DNA from: Nitrospinota bacterium
Lineage (GTDB): Bacteria; UBA8248
Length of the DNA: 41,184 bases
Direction: 5' to 3'
NCBI GenBank assembly: GCA_046581755.1
Contig: JAYGFR010000381.1
Span: 1-41,184 of the forward strand
Within the stretch, counting starts at the first letter, position 1, and every line of letters starts with the position of its first letter. The notes beneath the pieces were generated by a model. That model was not told where the DNA came from. It did no database searches and saw nothing but the letters and a program-made list of their open reading frames with translations. Position numbers and translations under genes: made by a program. Positions 1-8,399 of the stretch are shown here, piece after piece.

Positions 1-474
1 ACCGCCCATCCGGCAGACCACTCCGCCGATGAGCGATTCGTCTTTTTCCACTTCGAGCAAAACGTCTTTCCCGCTAACCTCGGAAAGCTTTTTGCGAAGC
101 TCTTCCCGGACGGATTCCGGAAGGTCGAAGGCGGTGCGGACCTGGGCGCGCACCCGACCCTTCATCTTGTCGGCCTGGGACTGGTACCGCTCGGCGATGG
201 CCGGCAACTCGGCGATCCGGTCCTTCTCGGCGATGAGCCTCGCGAACTTCCGCATCAACTCGCTCGCGCCCGCGGATTCCAGGATGCTGTCGATAATCCC
301 GGTCCTCGCCTGACGGGAGAAGCGGGGGTTCATGAGCACCTTTCGAAGCTCGGGGTGCTCCAGCGTTTCGGCCAGCTCGGCCAGCTCTTCGCCCGTCTCG
401 TCGAGGAGGCCCTGCTTTTCCGCGATTTCAACGAGCGCCTTGGCGTACCGGCGCGCTGCTTCGCCTCCGATCAC
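1..474 (-). CDS. atpH: ATP synthase F1 subunit delta, partial (runs off window start)
   Basis: GTG at 474 overlaps the atpF stop (GTGA). Translation MIGGEAARRYAKALVEIA... carries the delta ARRYAKAL motif, and the gene follows two b subunits. Not in the ORF track. Confidence 0.93.
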   Translation of the reverse strand, partial: MIGGEAARRYAKALVEIAEKQGLLDETGEELAELAETLEHPELRKVLMNPRFSRQARTGIIDSILESAGASELMRKFARLIAEKDRIAELPAIAERYQSQADKMKGRVRAQVRTAFDLPESVREELRKKLSEVSGKDVLLEVEKDESLIGGVVCRMGG

Positions 475-1088
475 GAATCACCTCCCGATTCGCCGCCGAG
501 CTTCACCAGGTATGCGGATACGAACCGCTCCTGATCCTCGGCCCCGATATTTTTCTTGAGCATCTCCTCGGCCAGGCCCATCGCCAGCTCTGCGGCGTGC
601 GACTGAAGCTCGGCCCTCGCCTTGGAGGTTTCGAGTTCGATGGCGCCGCGCGTTTGCTCCAGCAGGCGGTCGGCCTGGGCTTTTTGCTCCGCCTCCATCC
701 GGGAGCGGATTTCGGCGCGCTCGCGCTCGCCCGTCTCACGGATACGGTCCAATTCCGCCTCGAGGTCAGCCACCTTGGAGCGCTGCTCTTCGAGTAGTTT
801 TTCGGCCTCGGCGCGGGCCGCCTTCGCATCGGCCAGGGCCGTGCGAATTCCATCGCGCCGATCCTGGAAGAATTGGACAAGGGGCTTCGCGGCCACTTTG
901 TAGAGAATCACCACGACGATCAGCAAATTGACGAACTTGAAACCTTCCTCGACAAAGCTGAAGGCTTTATGATGGACCTCTCCCGCTTCGGCTCCGAGCG
1001 CCCCCTCCGGCCAAAAGACCGTCAGGGTGGCGGCGCCCGCCAGACAAATACCCGCCTGGAGAAACGCTTTTCGGCTCGTCGGCGTCAT
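471..1088 (-). CDS. atpF: ATP synthase F0 subunit b, with signal-peptide-like N-terminal extension
   Basis: TM segment FKFVNLLIVVVILYKVAAKPL followed by a charged coiled coil. Start placed at ATG 1088, 6 nt after GAGGAG. Confidence 0.9.
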   Translation of the reverse strand: MTPTSRKAFLQAGICLAGAATLTVFWPEGALGAEAGEVHHKAFSFVEEGFKFVNLLIVVVILYKVAAKPLVQFFQDRRDGIRTALADAKAARAEAEKLLEEQRSKVADLEAELDRIRETGERERAEIRSRMEAEQKAQADRLLEQTRGAIELETSKARAELQSHAAELAMGLAEEMLKKNIGAEDQERFVSAYLVKLGGESGGDS

Positions 1089-1098
1089 CGGCATCTCC

Positions 1099-1695
1099 TC
1101 AGGCGATCCGCCGGCTCGCGAGGCGGTTGGCGATCTGTCCGGCAAACTCCTTGGCGCGCTCTTCGAGCTCCGAGGCGGCGGTCGCCGCCTCGGAAGCGAT
1201 CGAGGCGCGGGCTTCTTCGAGCTCCCGCGAGGTTTGGATCCGGATTTCCTCAATCCGCTTCCGGCCCGCTTCGTTGATTTCCTGCTGAAGCGCCGCCATG
1301 GTCTCGGCGCCTTCCCTCCGGATTTCGGCCAGCGAATCCTCGTACTGGGTGATATAGCCCTGGGACTCGCTCTTGTCCCGCTCGGCGGACTTCAGATCGC
1401 CCGCGATCTGCCCGTTTCGCTTCTCGATAACGGCCCATAGGGGCTTATAGAGAAATTTGTTCAGGACGAGGAGGAGAACGATAAAGTTGGTCCACTGGAT
1501 GAAGATGATGACCGGATTGATGATCAGGGCGCCGCTTCCGAAGTTGAATCCGGCGATCCATTCCTTTAAACCACCGCCGCCTTGATGGGCCACGGCGGCC
1601 CAGGAGAGATCGGGCGCTGACACCAAAACCAGAACTGCAAGACACACAAAAAAAGCGGCCCTAAGAGTCCGCCGGATATGCGCTCCAGCCATCAT
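1099..1695 (-). CDS. atpF: ATP synthase F0 subunit b' (second b paralog)
   Basis: IQWTNFIVLLLVLNKFLYKPL TM motif plus coiled coil; first gene of b'-b-delta. Confidence 0.9.
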   Translation of the reverse strand: MMAGAHIRRTLRAAFFVCLAVLVLVSAPDLSWAAVAHQGGGGLKEWIAGFNFGSGALIINPVIIFIQWTNFIVLLLVLNKFLYKPLWAVIEKRNGQIAGDLKSAERDKSESQGYITQYEDSLAEIRREGAETMAALQQEINEAGRKRIEEIRIQTSRELEEARASIASEAATAASELEERAKEFAGQIANRLASRRIA

Positions 1696-1854
1696 GAGAA
1701 TATTTGAGTCCTTCCGGTCTTGCGCTCGCCGGGGCGCACGTTCCGCCCCATGGGCACAAAAACCTCTTTCAAACCATCCATAAAGTTGATAATAAAGGAG
1801 TTATATGTAATCCGCCGGGCTCGCGGTCCGGAGTCCACTTTCCAAAAACGCCTA

Positions 1855-1883
1855 AAGCTAACCGCCCGCTCATGGGAAGTCAA
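1855..1883 (-). promoter_or_regulatory. Putative sigma70 promoter of the atp operon
   Basis: TTGACT-17 nt-TAGCTT on the minus strand, ~160 bp upstream of b'. Confidence 0.5.
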
Positions 1884-2055
1884 GCCTGAAATAGCCCGGG
1901 AATCAGGAGAAATACCTGCCGGCCCGGAGGCCGCGCGCGCCCTTTTCACTGGCACCCCCCGCCGGCCGGCCGCACCCCCACCGGCGGGACGCCCCCATTC
2001 CTAAAATGATAAGCTCTGGCGTCATTCCATTCCCATCCCGGCCCCCGGAAATTTC

Positions 2056-2069
2056 ATTCATCGATGAAT
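2056..2069. promoter_or_regulatory. Perfect 14-bp palindrome, possible operator
   Basis: ATTCATCGATGAAT in the AT-rich leader, ~44 bp upstream of the FAH gene start. Confidence 0.3.
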
Positions 2070-2112
2070 TTTAGGGGAGTTTTTTGGGGACATTCCGATT
2101 TGGAGGCAAACC

Positions 2113-3105
2113 ATGAAATTCATCACATTTGAAATTCCCACCCCGGCGGGAACCGTCCGGCGGCTCGGGGCGCTTTTCGGATCGGCCGGAGAGGAGCGGG
2201 CGGCGGATTTGGCCCCCGCCTTCGCGGCCAGGCTCCAGGCCGGTGGGGAAGAGCCCCGGTATCGAGAGTACGCCGATTTCCGGATTCCGCAGGATATCTG
2301 CGAGTTCGCGGCGGGCGGGGAACCCTCGCTCGATGCCGCGCGCGAGGCCCTGGCCTATGTCGAGGCGGAGGGACTGGACGCCCAGGGTCCCGGCGGAGAG
2401 AGGCTCTCCCATCCGCTTTCCGGGATCCGCCTTCTGGCGCCCGTCCCGCGCCCGGTGGGCTTCCGGGACTGCCTGACCTTCGAGGGGCACAAACAGGCCG
2501 GCGCCCGCCGCCGGAACACCACCATCGATCCCCTCTGGTACGAGATGCCGACCGCCTACAAGGGAAACCGCCTCACCATCATCGGGCCCGGCGACCTCGC
2601 CTGGCCCCGTTATACCGAGAAGCTCGACTACGAACTCGAGATCGCCATCCTCATCGGAAAACGCGGCAAGGATATTCCCGAGGCCGAGGGGCTGGGCCAC
2701 ATCTTCGGCTTTACCGTTATGAACGACTTCAGCGCCCGGGACATCCAGATGCAGGAAATGTTCCTCTGGCTCGGCCCCCACAAAGGAAAAGACTTCGGGA
2801 CCGCCATCGGCCCCTGCATCGTCACCCGGGACGAATTTGATCACACCGACGCCGTAATGACGGCGCGGGTCAACGGCGAGGAATGGAGCCGGGGGAACGC
2901 AGGGGACATGCACTTCAGCTGGGGCCGCGTCCTGGAACATCTTTCGATGGAGGAAGAACTCCAACCCGGCGAGCTCATCGGCTCGGGAACCGTCGGAACC
3001 GGGTGCGGCGCCGATTTGGACAGGTGGATTCAGCCAGGCGATGTCCTGGAGCTCGAAATCGAGGGAATCGGCGTTTTGGAAAACCGCATCGTCCGGGAAG
3101 GCTAG
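2113..3105 (+). CDS. Fumarylacetoacetate hydrolase family protein
   Basis: LDYELEIAILIGK, GFTVMNDFSARDIQ, GKDF and GELIGSGTVG motifs; GGAGG RBS. Confidence 0.92.
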   Translation: MKFITFEIPTPAGTVRRLGALFGSAGEERAADLAPAFAARLQAGGEEPRYREYADFRIPQDICEFAAGGEPSLDAAREALAYVEAEGLDAQGPGGERLSHPLSGIRLLAPVPRPVGFRDCLTFEGHKQAGARRRNTTIDPLWYEMPTAYKGNRLTIIGPGDLAWPRYTEKLDYELEIAILIGKRGKDIPEAEGLGHIFGFTVMNDFSARDIQMQEMFLWLGPHKGKDFGTAIGPCIVTRDEFDHTDAVMTARVNGEEWSRGNAGDMHFSWGRVLEHLSMEEELQPGELIGSGTVGTGCGADLDRWIQPGDVLELEIEGIGVLENRIVREG

Positions 3106-3545
3106 CCGGTAAGCGCGCCGGGCAGGCGCTCGGCGAACGCACGGATTTCATCGCGCACGCGGCGGTAGTGGGCCAGGGCCTCCTCTTCGCTCCCCGCCCC
3201 CTCGGCGAGCCGGGGCGGATCGTCGAAGGGCGCGTGAACCACCTTTCCTCCGCCGGAAAAGACGGGGCAGGCGGCGCCGGCCTCGGCGCAAACCGTGACG
3301 ATAAAATCGAAGGAGAGGCCGGGGAGATCATCCACCGCTTTCGATCGCTAGCTGTCGATAGGAGCGCCGGCCTCGGCCATGACCCTGGCGGCCAGCGGGT
3401 TCAGGGCGCTGGCGGCGATGCCCGCCGAGTGGGCCTCGATGGACTCCCGCTTGAGGGCGCGCGCCCAGCCCTCGGCCATCTGGCTTCGGCAGGAATTCGC
3501 CGAGCACAAAAAAAGAACTTTGAGCTTCTTATCTGGCACGGCCAT
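3102..3545 (-). pseudogene. arsC: Thioredoxin-type (LMW-PTP fold) arsenate reductase interrupted by an in-frame TAG at 3348-3350
   Basis: VLFLCSANSCRSQMAEG P-loop. Past the TAG the same frame continues RSKAVDDL...VTVCAEAGAACP...FDDP...RRVRDEIR. Confidence 0.85.
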
Positions 3546-3592
3546 CGCCCCCGCTACCTGTATATTTTCTCTTTCTTCTTCCTGGAGGAATC

Positions 3593-4318
3593 ATGACGGC
3601 TTGGATGGCAGATCCGCAAATATGGGCGAGCCTGCTCGCGCTGACGGCGCTGGAGATCGTCCTGGGTATCGACAACGTGATCTTCGTCTCGATCGTCTCG
3701 GCGGACCTGCCGGGCGCACAGGCCGCACGCGCGCGGCGGCTCGGGCTTTCGGCGGCGCTCATCATGCGAATCGGCCTGCTCGCGGGCATCGCCTGGATTG
3801 CCGGGCTCAAGGCGCCCATCGCCGAAATTTTCGGCTTCGCGCTCTCCTGGCGGGACGCGCTCATGCTCTCGGGCGGAATGTTCCTGCTGTGGAAGAGCAC
3901 CAAAGAGATACACAACGCTGTCGAGGGGGAGGATCTCCAAAGGCGCGCGGGCGGGGCGGAGAGCTTCGCCAGCGTCGTGGCGCAGATCATGGTCCTGGAC
4001 CTGGTGTTCTCGATCGATTCGGTGATCACGGCGGTGGGTATGGCCCGCCACCTGCCGGTGATGATCGCGGCGGTGGTGATCGCCATGGCCATCATGCTCT
4101 TCGCCTCGGGGCCGGTGAGCGCGTTCATCGAGCGCCACCTGACGACCAAGATGCTGGCGCTGAATTTTCTGTTGCTCGTGGGCGCCGCCCTCATCGCCGA
4201 CGGGATGCACTTTCACATCCCGCGGGGCTACCTCTACTTCGCCATCGCCTTCTCGGCCGGGGTGGAGGCGCTGAACCTCATCGCCTCGCGGCGGCGGTCG
4301 GTGCAGGCCGCTCTCTGA
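3593..4318 (+). CDS. terC: TerC family integral membrane protein
   Basis: LEIVLGIDNVIF and DLVFSIDSVITAVG motifs; GGAGG RBS. Confidence 0.9.
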   Translation: MTAWMADPQIWASLLALTALEIVLGIDNVIFVSIVSADLPGAQAARARRLGLSAALIMRIGLLAGIAWIAGLKAPIAEIFGFALSWRDALMLSGGMFLLWKSTKEIHNAVEGEDLQRRAGGAESFASVVAQIMVLDLVFSIDSVITAVGMARHLPVMIAAVVIAMAIMLFASGPVSAFIERHLTTKMLALNFLLLVGAALIADGMHFHIPRGYLYFAIAFSAGVEALNLIASRRRSVQAAL

Positions 4319-4850
4319 ACCCAAAAGGGGCCGTCTCCACGTCGCCATTCCAGAGCAGGGCGTGGCGGGGATGGCCGTCCTTTGTCGGCGGCCCCACTGC
4401 CTGCAGGGGGTAGGGGCGCAGGAGCTCGCGCACCTCGCCGATCCGTCTCTCGTAGACCCCGGGGTCGATCCCGTTCGGGTTGCCCCATCCCGCTACCGCG
4501 AGATCGGCGCCGGCCACTGCGGCGAGGATGTGGCGGTCGTTTCCGGGCCCGGCGATCTTTCGGAAGGGGAGGCCGTTCAGGGCCCGGGGATGGGGCGTCC
4601 GCCAGGCGAACAGGTTGATCACCGAGACCGACGCGAACCCCCGCCGCCTCGCCCAGGCCTCGAGCTTGCCGACGGTGGGATCGCTCCGCTCCCGGGAGGC
4701 CGCCGAGGGGTTTTTGAGCAGCGCCGCAAGCCGGGGCCCTGGCTCCGCGGAGATCTGAATTTCGAGCAAATACCGGTAGCGGCCGTATTTTTCCGGGATG
4801 CAGCGTTCCACCTTGCGCCAGGGCTTCTCCGTCACCGTGCGCCTCCTCAT
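4278..4850 (-). CDS. DUF1643 domain protein
   Basis: YRYLL, NPSAA...DPTV, NLFAWRTPHP, AGWG and TKDGHPRH motifs typical of DUF1643. 3' end overlaps terC convergently. Confidence 0.78.
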   Translation of the reverse strand: MRRRTVTEKPWRKVERCIPEKYGRYRYLLEIQISAEPGPRLAALLKNPSAASRERSDPTVGKLEAWARRRGFASVSVINLFAWRTPHPRALNGLPFRKIAGPGNDRHILAAVAGADLAVAGWGNPNGIDPGVYERRIGEVRELLRPYPLQAVGPPTKDGHPRHALLWNGDVETAPFGFRERPAPTAAARR

Positions 4851-4959
4851 ATTGCGGCCTTTTATGGGGGGCCTTTCATGGGCGGCCCATCGCGCCTAGA
4901 ATCGGGGGCGGCGCAGACGCCGGAATCCGGTTCAACTGAATTTATGTCCACGAGGTCTC

Positions 4960-5739
4960 ATGATGCCATACGACAACCTGCTCTACGAAGTGGAGGGTCC
5001 GCTGGCGCTCATCACCATCAACCGCGCCGACCGGCACAACGCCATTTCGCTCGCCACCCTGGACGATTTCCACACCGCGATTCAGGCCGCGGCGGCGGAT
5101 GAGGCCGTTCGCGTCATCGCCATCACCGGGGCGGGCGAGAAGGCGTTCGCGTCCGGATCGGACCTGGAGGAGGTCGAGCGCCGCGATCTGGCTAAGGCCC
5201 TGGAACCCCTGGTCCAGGGGGTGGCCGAGCGCCTGGAGCGGACGCCCAAGCCGTCCATCGCCGCCATCAACGGCTACTGCATGGGGGGCGGGCTCGAGGT
5301 GGCCCTGGGCTGCGACCTGCGCGTCGCCTCGGTGAATGCGAAGTTCGCCACCCCCGAGGGGAAGCTCGGCATCATCCCGGGCGGGGGCGCGACCCAGCGC
5401 CTGCCCCGGATCGTGGGGCGCGGCTGGGCGCTGGAGATGCTCCTGATGGGAGAGACGATCGACGCCGAGGCCGCGCTGCGGATGGGGCTGGTGACGCGCG
5501 TGGTCGAGCCCGAAGAGTTGATGCCCGAGGTCCGGCGCATGGCGGATCACCTCGCCACGTTCGCACCCTTCGTTCCCCGGTTCATGAAGGCGATGGTCCA
5601 CTCCGGGATGGAGGGCAGCCTCGCCGCCGGGCTGGCGATGGAAAAATTCGCCCAAGGGGCGCTATGCGAAACTGCCGACAAGGCCGAGGGCATCCGCGCT
5701 TTCCTCGAAAAGCGCCGGCCCGAATGGACGGGGCGCTGA
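4960..5739 (+). CDS. Enoyl-CoA hydratase/isomerase (crotonase family)
   Basis: AFASGSDL, AINGYCMGGGLEVALGCD, PEGKLGIIPGGGATQRLPR. Confidence 0.93.
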   Translation: MMPYDNLLYEVEGPLALITINRADRHNAISLATLDDFHTAIQAAAADEAVRVIAITGAGEKAFASGSDLEEVERRDLAKALEPLVQGVAERLERTPKPSIAAINGYCMGGGLEVALGCDLRVASVNAKFATPEGKLGIIPGGGATQRLPRIVGRGWALEMLLMGETIDAEAALRMGLVTRVVEPEELMPEVRRMADHLATFAPFVPRFMKAMVHSGMEGSLAAGLAMEKFAQGALCETADKAEGIRAFLEKRRPEWTGR

Positions 5740-5794
5740 GCCGCCGGAAGGCCCGCCTCCTTTTTCTGGCAAGAGTTTCAATAAGGAGGGCGCC

Positions 5795-6091
5795 ATGGAA
5801 CCCGGAAAAGAAACTTCTCCCGGCGAAAATACATTCCCCGGTGAATTGAGTGAACGCGAAAAAGGGTTTCTCTCCCGCCTTGCCCAAAAATACGAAACCG
5901 GCGAAAGCGCCGGGATCGTCCGAAGCTACCTCATCGCTGGGTTAGGCGTCCTCGCCCTGTTCGCGCTCGCCCGGTGGACGCCCCAGTGGTGGTCGGCCCT
6001 GATCGTCGTCGAAGCGGCCGCCCTCGCGCTCTTCCGCCAATACAAGCGCTTCGGGAGCTTCAAGACTCACATTTTAGGAGACCTCTATTAA
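5795..6091 (+). CDS. Small two-TM membrane protein, C-terminus probably disrupted by an insertion
   Basis: AGGAGG RBS and two hydrophobic segments. The last codons (GDLY*) derive from the inserted inverted repeat. Confidence 0.6.
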   Translation: MEPGKETSPGENTFPGELSEREKGFLSRLAQKYETGESAGIVRSYLIAGLGVLALFALARWTPQWWSALIVVEAAALALFRQYKRFGSFKTHILGDLY

Positions 6092-6175
6092 CCCCGATAT
6101 TTGAAGTCTGGTGCCAATGATTTTAATGGCTTACGAATTGAAAATCTGCAAAATCAGAGGTTAATAGAGGTGCCC
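6077..6175. mobile_element. ~99-bp non-autonomous IS-end/MITE-like element (IS5-like termini)
   Basis: Perfect 13-bp inverted repeat ACCTCTATTAACC (6081-6093) / GGTTAATAGAGGT (6159-6171), extending imperfectly to ~30 bp. Ends are GGAGACCTCT / AGAGGTGCCC, and GC drops abruptly at this point. Confidence 0.6.
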
Positions 6176-6733
6176 ATAAGATTACACTAGTCCAATTCCC
6201 CCAAACAAACTCTAGAACCTGACTTCCTTCAACTCTGAGCATCTTTTGTTTTTCTACTTACATTTTATAATTTGTTAAATTAATTATCTTCTTTATCGAA
6301 TTTCAAATCAGAAAGGTCCGGAAATTTCGCTGCCACTTCTGTCAACCCACCCATTAAGACATCACTACTGAGAAGGGTCTTTGTTTTCAAGCCAACGGTA
6401 TAAGCACATAGCTCAAATCCACCCGCATCAATCAATTCTTCGATTTGCTTTACCTGACAATTCCTTTTCTAAAAACACTTCTCAGAATAACGTCCTTGTG
6501 AAATTAGTCACTCTTCTGCAATGGACTAAAACCCTAACCGGACAAAAATTCGACCGAATCACACAAAGAAAACCAAATTTCCCCGAACAATCTCATTCAT
6601 GGCATAATTCTATCGATTTATGTTCTTGAGTTAAAAACTTAATATTTAGCCCCGCGGTAGGCAAGGGCAGTTTCCGGGAGCCCGGGGAGAGCGGAGCCGG
6701 CCCGCCGCCCTCAGGCGCGTTTGAACTCCGCAT

Positions 6734-7387
6734 CTACCCCCGGCCGGTCCTGCGACGGCGCGATTTCATTTTTTCCACCAGCCAGCGGGTCCGCACCCAC
6801 ATCCGCCGCCCTTTCCAACGGCCGGATTTCACCCGGATCCGGGTGAATCCCCGGCGATCGGTCGAGAGCACCTCGACGAGCGTCCCGGGAGAAAGTCTGT
6901 AGGGATAGCGCTTGCCGCGGGGCTTGCGGTAGCCGCCCGCATAATTCAGGGGAAGCCCCCGGTAGATGGCCCGGACGAATAGCGACTTCCCGACGGGATG
7001 TCCTCCCTTCATGCTCCCCTTGGCGCGGGAGGCCGCCCGCGAAGGCGCCGGCCTCGCGGAGGCCTTCATCCCGCCTCCGGGCCGTGCCGCCCGCCTCGGT
7101 CCGCCGGCACCCCGGGTTCTGGAGGCCATATCGCGAAGCCGGAGACGGACCTCATTAATGGACCTGCCATGTCTCTGAAGAATCTGGGTGTGGGCCAGCA
7201 TTTGCCTGCGGATGAACTCGACTTTTGTTTGGACCAATTTCTGGTCCTTCACGTAGACTTCTTTTTTAATGATGTATCCGCATCCGGATATGAGCAAGGG
7301 AAGCAAGGCGAACCATATTCCGCCGCGCAAAACCTTTTGTCTTGATCCGAGTGACCCTGGCTTGATGTAACCCATCCGTACCCTCAT
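6734..7387 (-). CDS. Basic lipoprotein with coiled coil and C-terminal SH3-like domain
   Basis: Lipobox LISGC; YRLSPGTLVEVLSTDRRGFTRIRV...WVRTRWL resembles SH3b. ATG 7387 overlaps the upstream stop (ATGA); the exact start is uncertain. Confidence 0.65.
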   Translation of the reverse strand: MRVRMGYIKPGSLGSRQKVLRGGIWFALLPLLISGCGYIIKKEVYVKDQKLVQTKVEFIRRQMLAHTQILQRHGRSINEVRLRLRDMASRTRGAGGPRRAARPGGGMKASARPAPSRAASRAKGSMKGGHPVGKSLFVRAIYRGLPLNYAGGYRKPRGKRYPYRLSPGTLVEVLSTDRRGFTRIRVKSGRWKGRRMWVRTRWLVEKMKSRRRRTGRG

Positions 7388-8217
7388 ACTGGATACCAAC
7401 CCTCGATGGGCGGCATCACGACCAACTCGCTGTTTAATGATTCCACTCCCTCAAATGCGCCTGCGATGCTTTCGGAGAGATCCTTTTCATCTTGGCTGTT
7501 CACCCTGCCATGCAGGAAAAGCTGACCGCCAGCGGAGCATTCCACCGAAATGCCGCTCGCATCGATGCGATCGTCCGTCATCAACGCGGCTTTTACTTTT
7601 TGTGCAAATGATAGATTCCGCAGTTCCTCCGAGGAGGAGGGCGCATCTTTTGCGAAATCCTCGCGCTTCATCAATCTCACGAGCATCCGGCCAACGGCCT
7701 CTTCCTCGAAGAACCCGGTATTCAGGACCAAATCGAAACCGCCCGGGTCTCCCCAGCGGACATCGAAAAAATAACGGGTATAGGATTTCCGCTCCTGATC
7801 GTTGTGGCGCAAAAACTCTTCCGCCATCGATGCGGATAGGCCCTCGTTGGCGACAAGCCGCCTTTGGCGCACATCCTCGGGGGCGATGATCCGGCTCCGG
7901 AAAACGCCGGGAATGCCCGAAAGAAGGGAATTCCCTCCCCGGCCGAGAATGACATAGTTGTCGCGAAGAGCGCATTCATAAACTATCGCCCGCATGATAT
8001 CGAGATAAACGAGCTGGCGATCGCGAAAAAAACGATCGACGAGCCCGGGACTCCGCTCGTCCACCCGCTCCAACTCGGCACGGACATACCCATAGGAGCG
8101 GGCGGCCTCGGCAAATCCCTCGATATCGAGGAGTTCCCAACTCAATTCCTCAGCCACTTTTTTCCCGATGGCGTCCCCGCCGCTACCTAATTCCCGAGAA
8201 ATCGTTAGCACGCCCAT
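7384..8217 (-). CDS. Cytidylate kinase-like family protein with C-terminal BON domain
   Basis: MGVLTISRELGSGG, VILGRGGN and FDLVLNT, then KVKAALMTDDRIDASGISVECSAGGQLFLHGRV (BON). GGGAGA RBS. Confidence 0.85.
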   Translation of the reverse strand: MGVLTISRELGSGGDAIGKKVAEELSWELLDIEGFAEAARSYGYVRAELERVDERSPGLVDRFFRDRQLVYLDIMRAIVYECALRDNYVILGRGGNSLLSGIPGVFRSRIIAPEDVRQRRLVANEGLSASMAEEFLRHNDQERKSYTRYFFDVRWGDPGGFDLVLNTGFFEEEAVGRMLVRLMKREDFAKDAPSSSEELRNLSFAQKVKAALMTDDRIDASGISVECSAGGQLFLHGRVNSQDEKDLSESIAGAFEGVESLNSELVVMPPIEGWYPV

Positions 8218-8377
8218 GATCTTTATCTCCCGGCTGACCCGACGGTAAAAGGGTGGCCTGTCTGTAAAGGGACTGAGGTTTGCTTTCGATAATTGCATCC
8301 AAGCTTTTCCGTATGGTCGTACAGCCGCTCAATATCGTCAAGGCAACGATTCCCGCAGCGAATAGTGGTCGCATCAT
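8183..8377 (-). CDS. Small (64 aa) putative lipoprotein
   Basis: GGAGGG RBS; MMRPLFAAGIVALTILSGC signal peptide with lipobox. Confidence 0.6.
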   Translation of the reverse strand: MMRPLFAAGIVALTILSGCTTIRKSLDAIIESKPQSLYRQATLLPSGQPGDKDHGRANDFSGIR

Positions 8378-8399
8378 TCAACCCTCCCCGTTCGGGTAT

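Noticed and set aside
3348..3350. Genome-wide TAG reassignment suggested by the arsC amber
   Set aside because: Many conserved genes here (FAH, pyrG, wcaJ, moeB, dppD) end at TAG at their expected C-termini.
6381..6629. 82-aa plus-strand ORF in the AT-rich insert
   Set aside because: TTG start without RBS and no protein-like motif; likely spurious.
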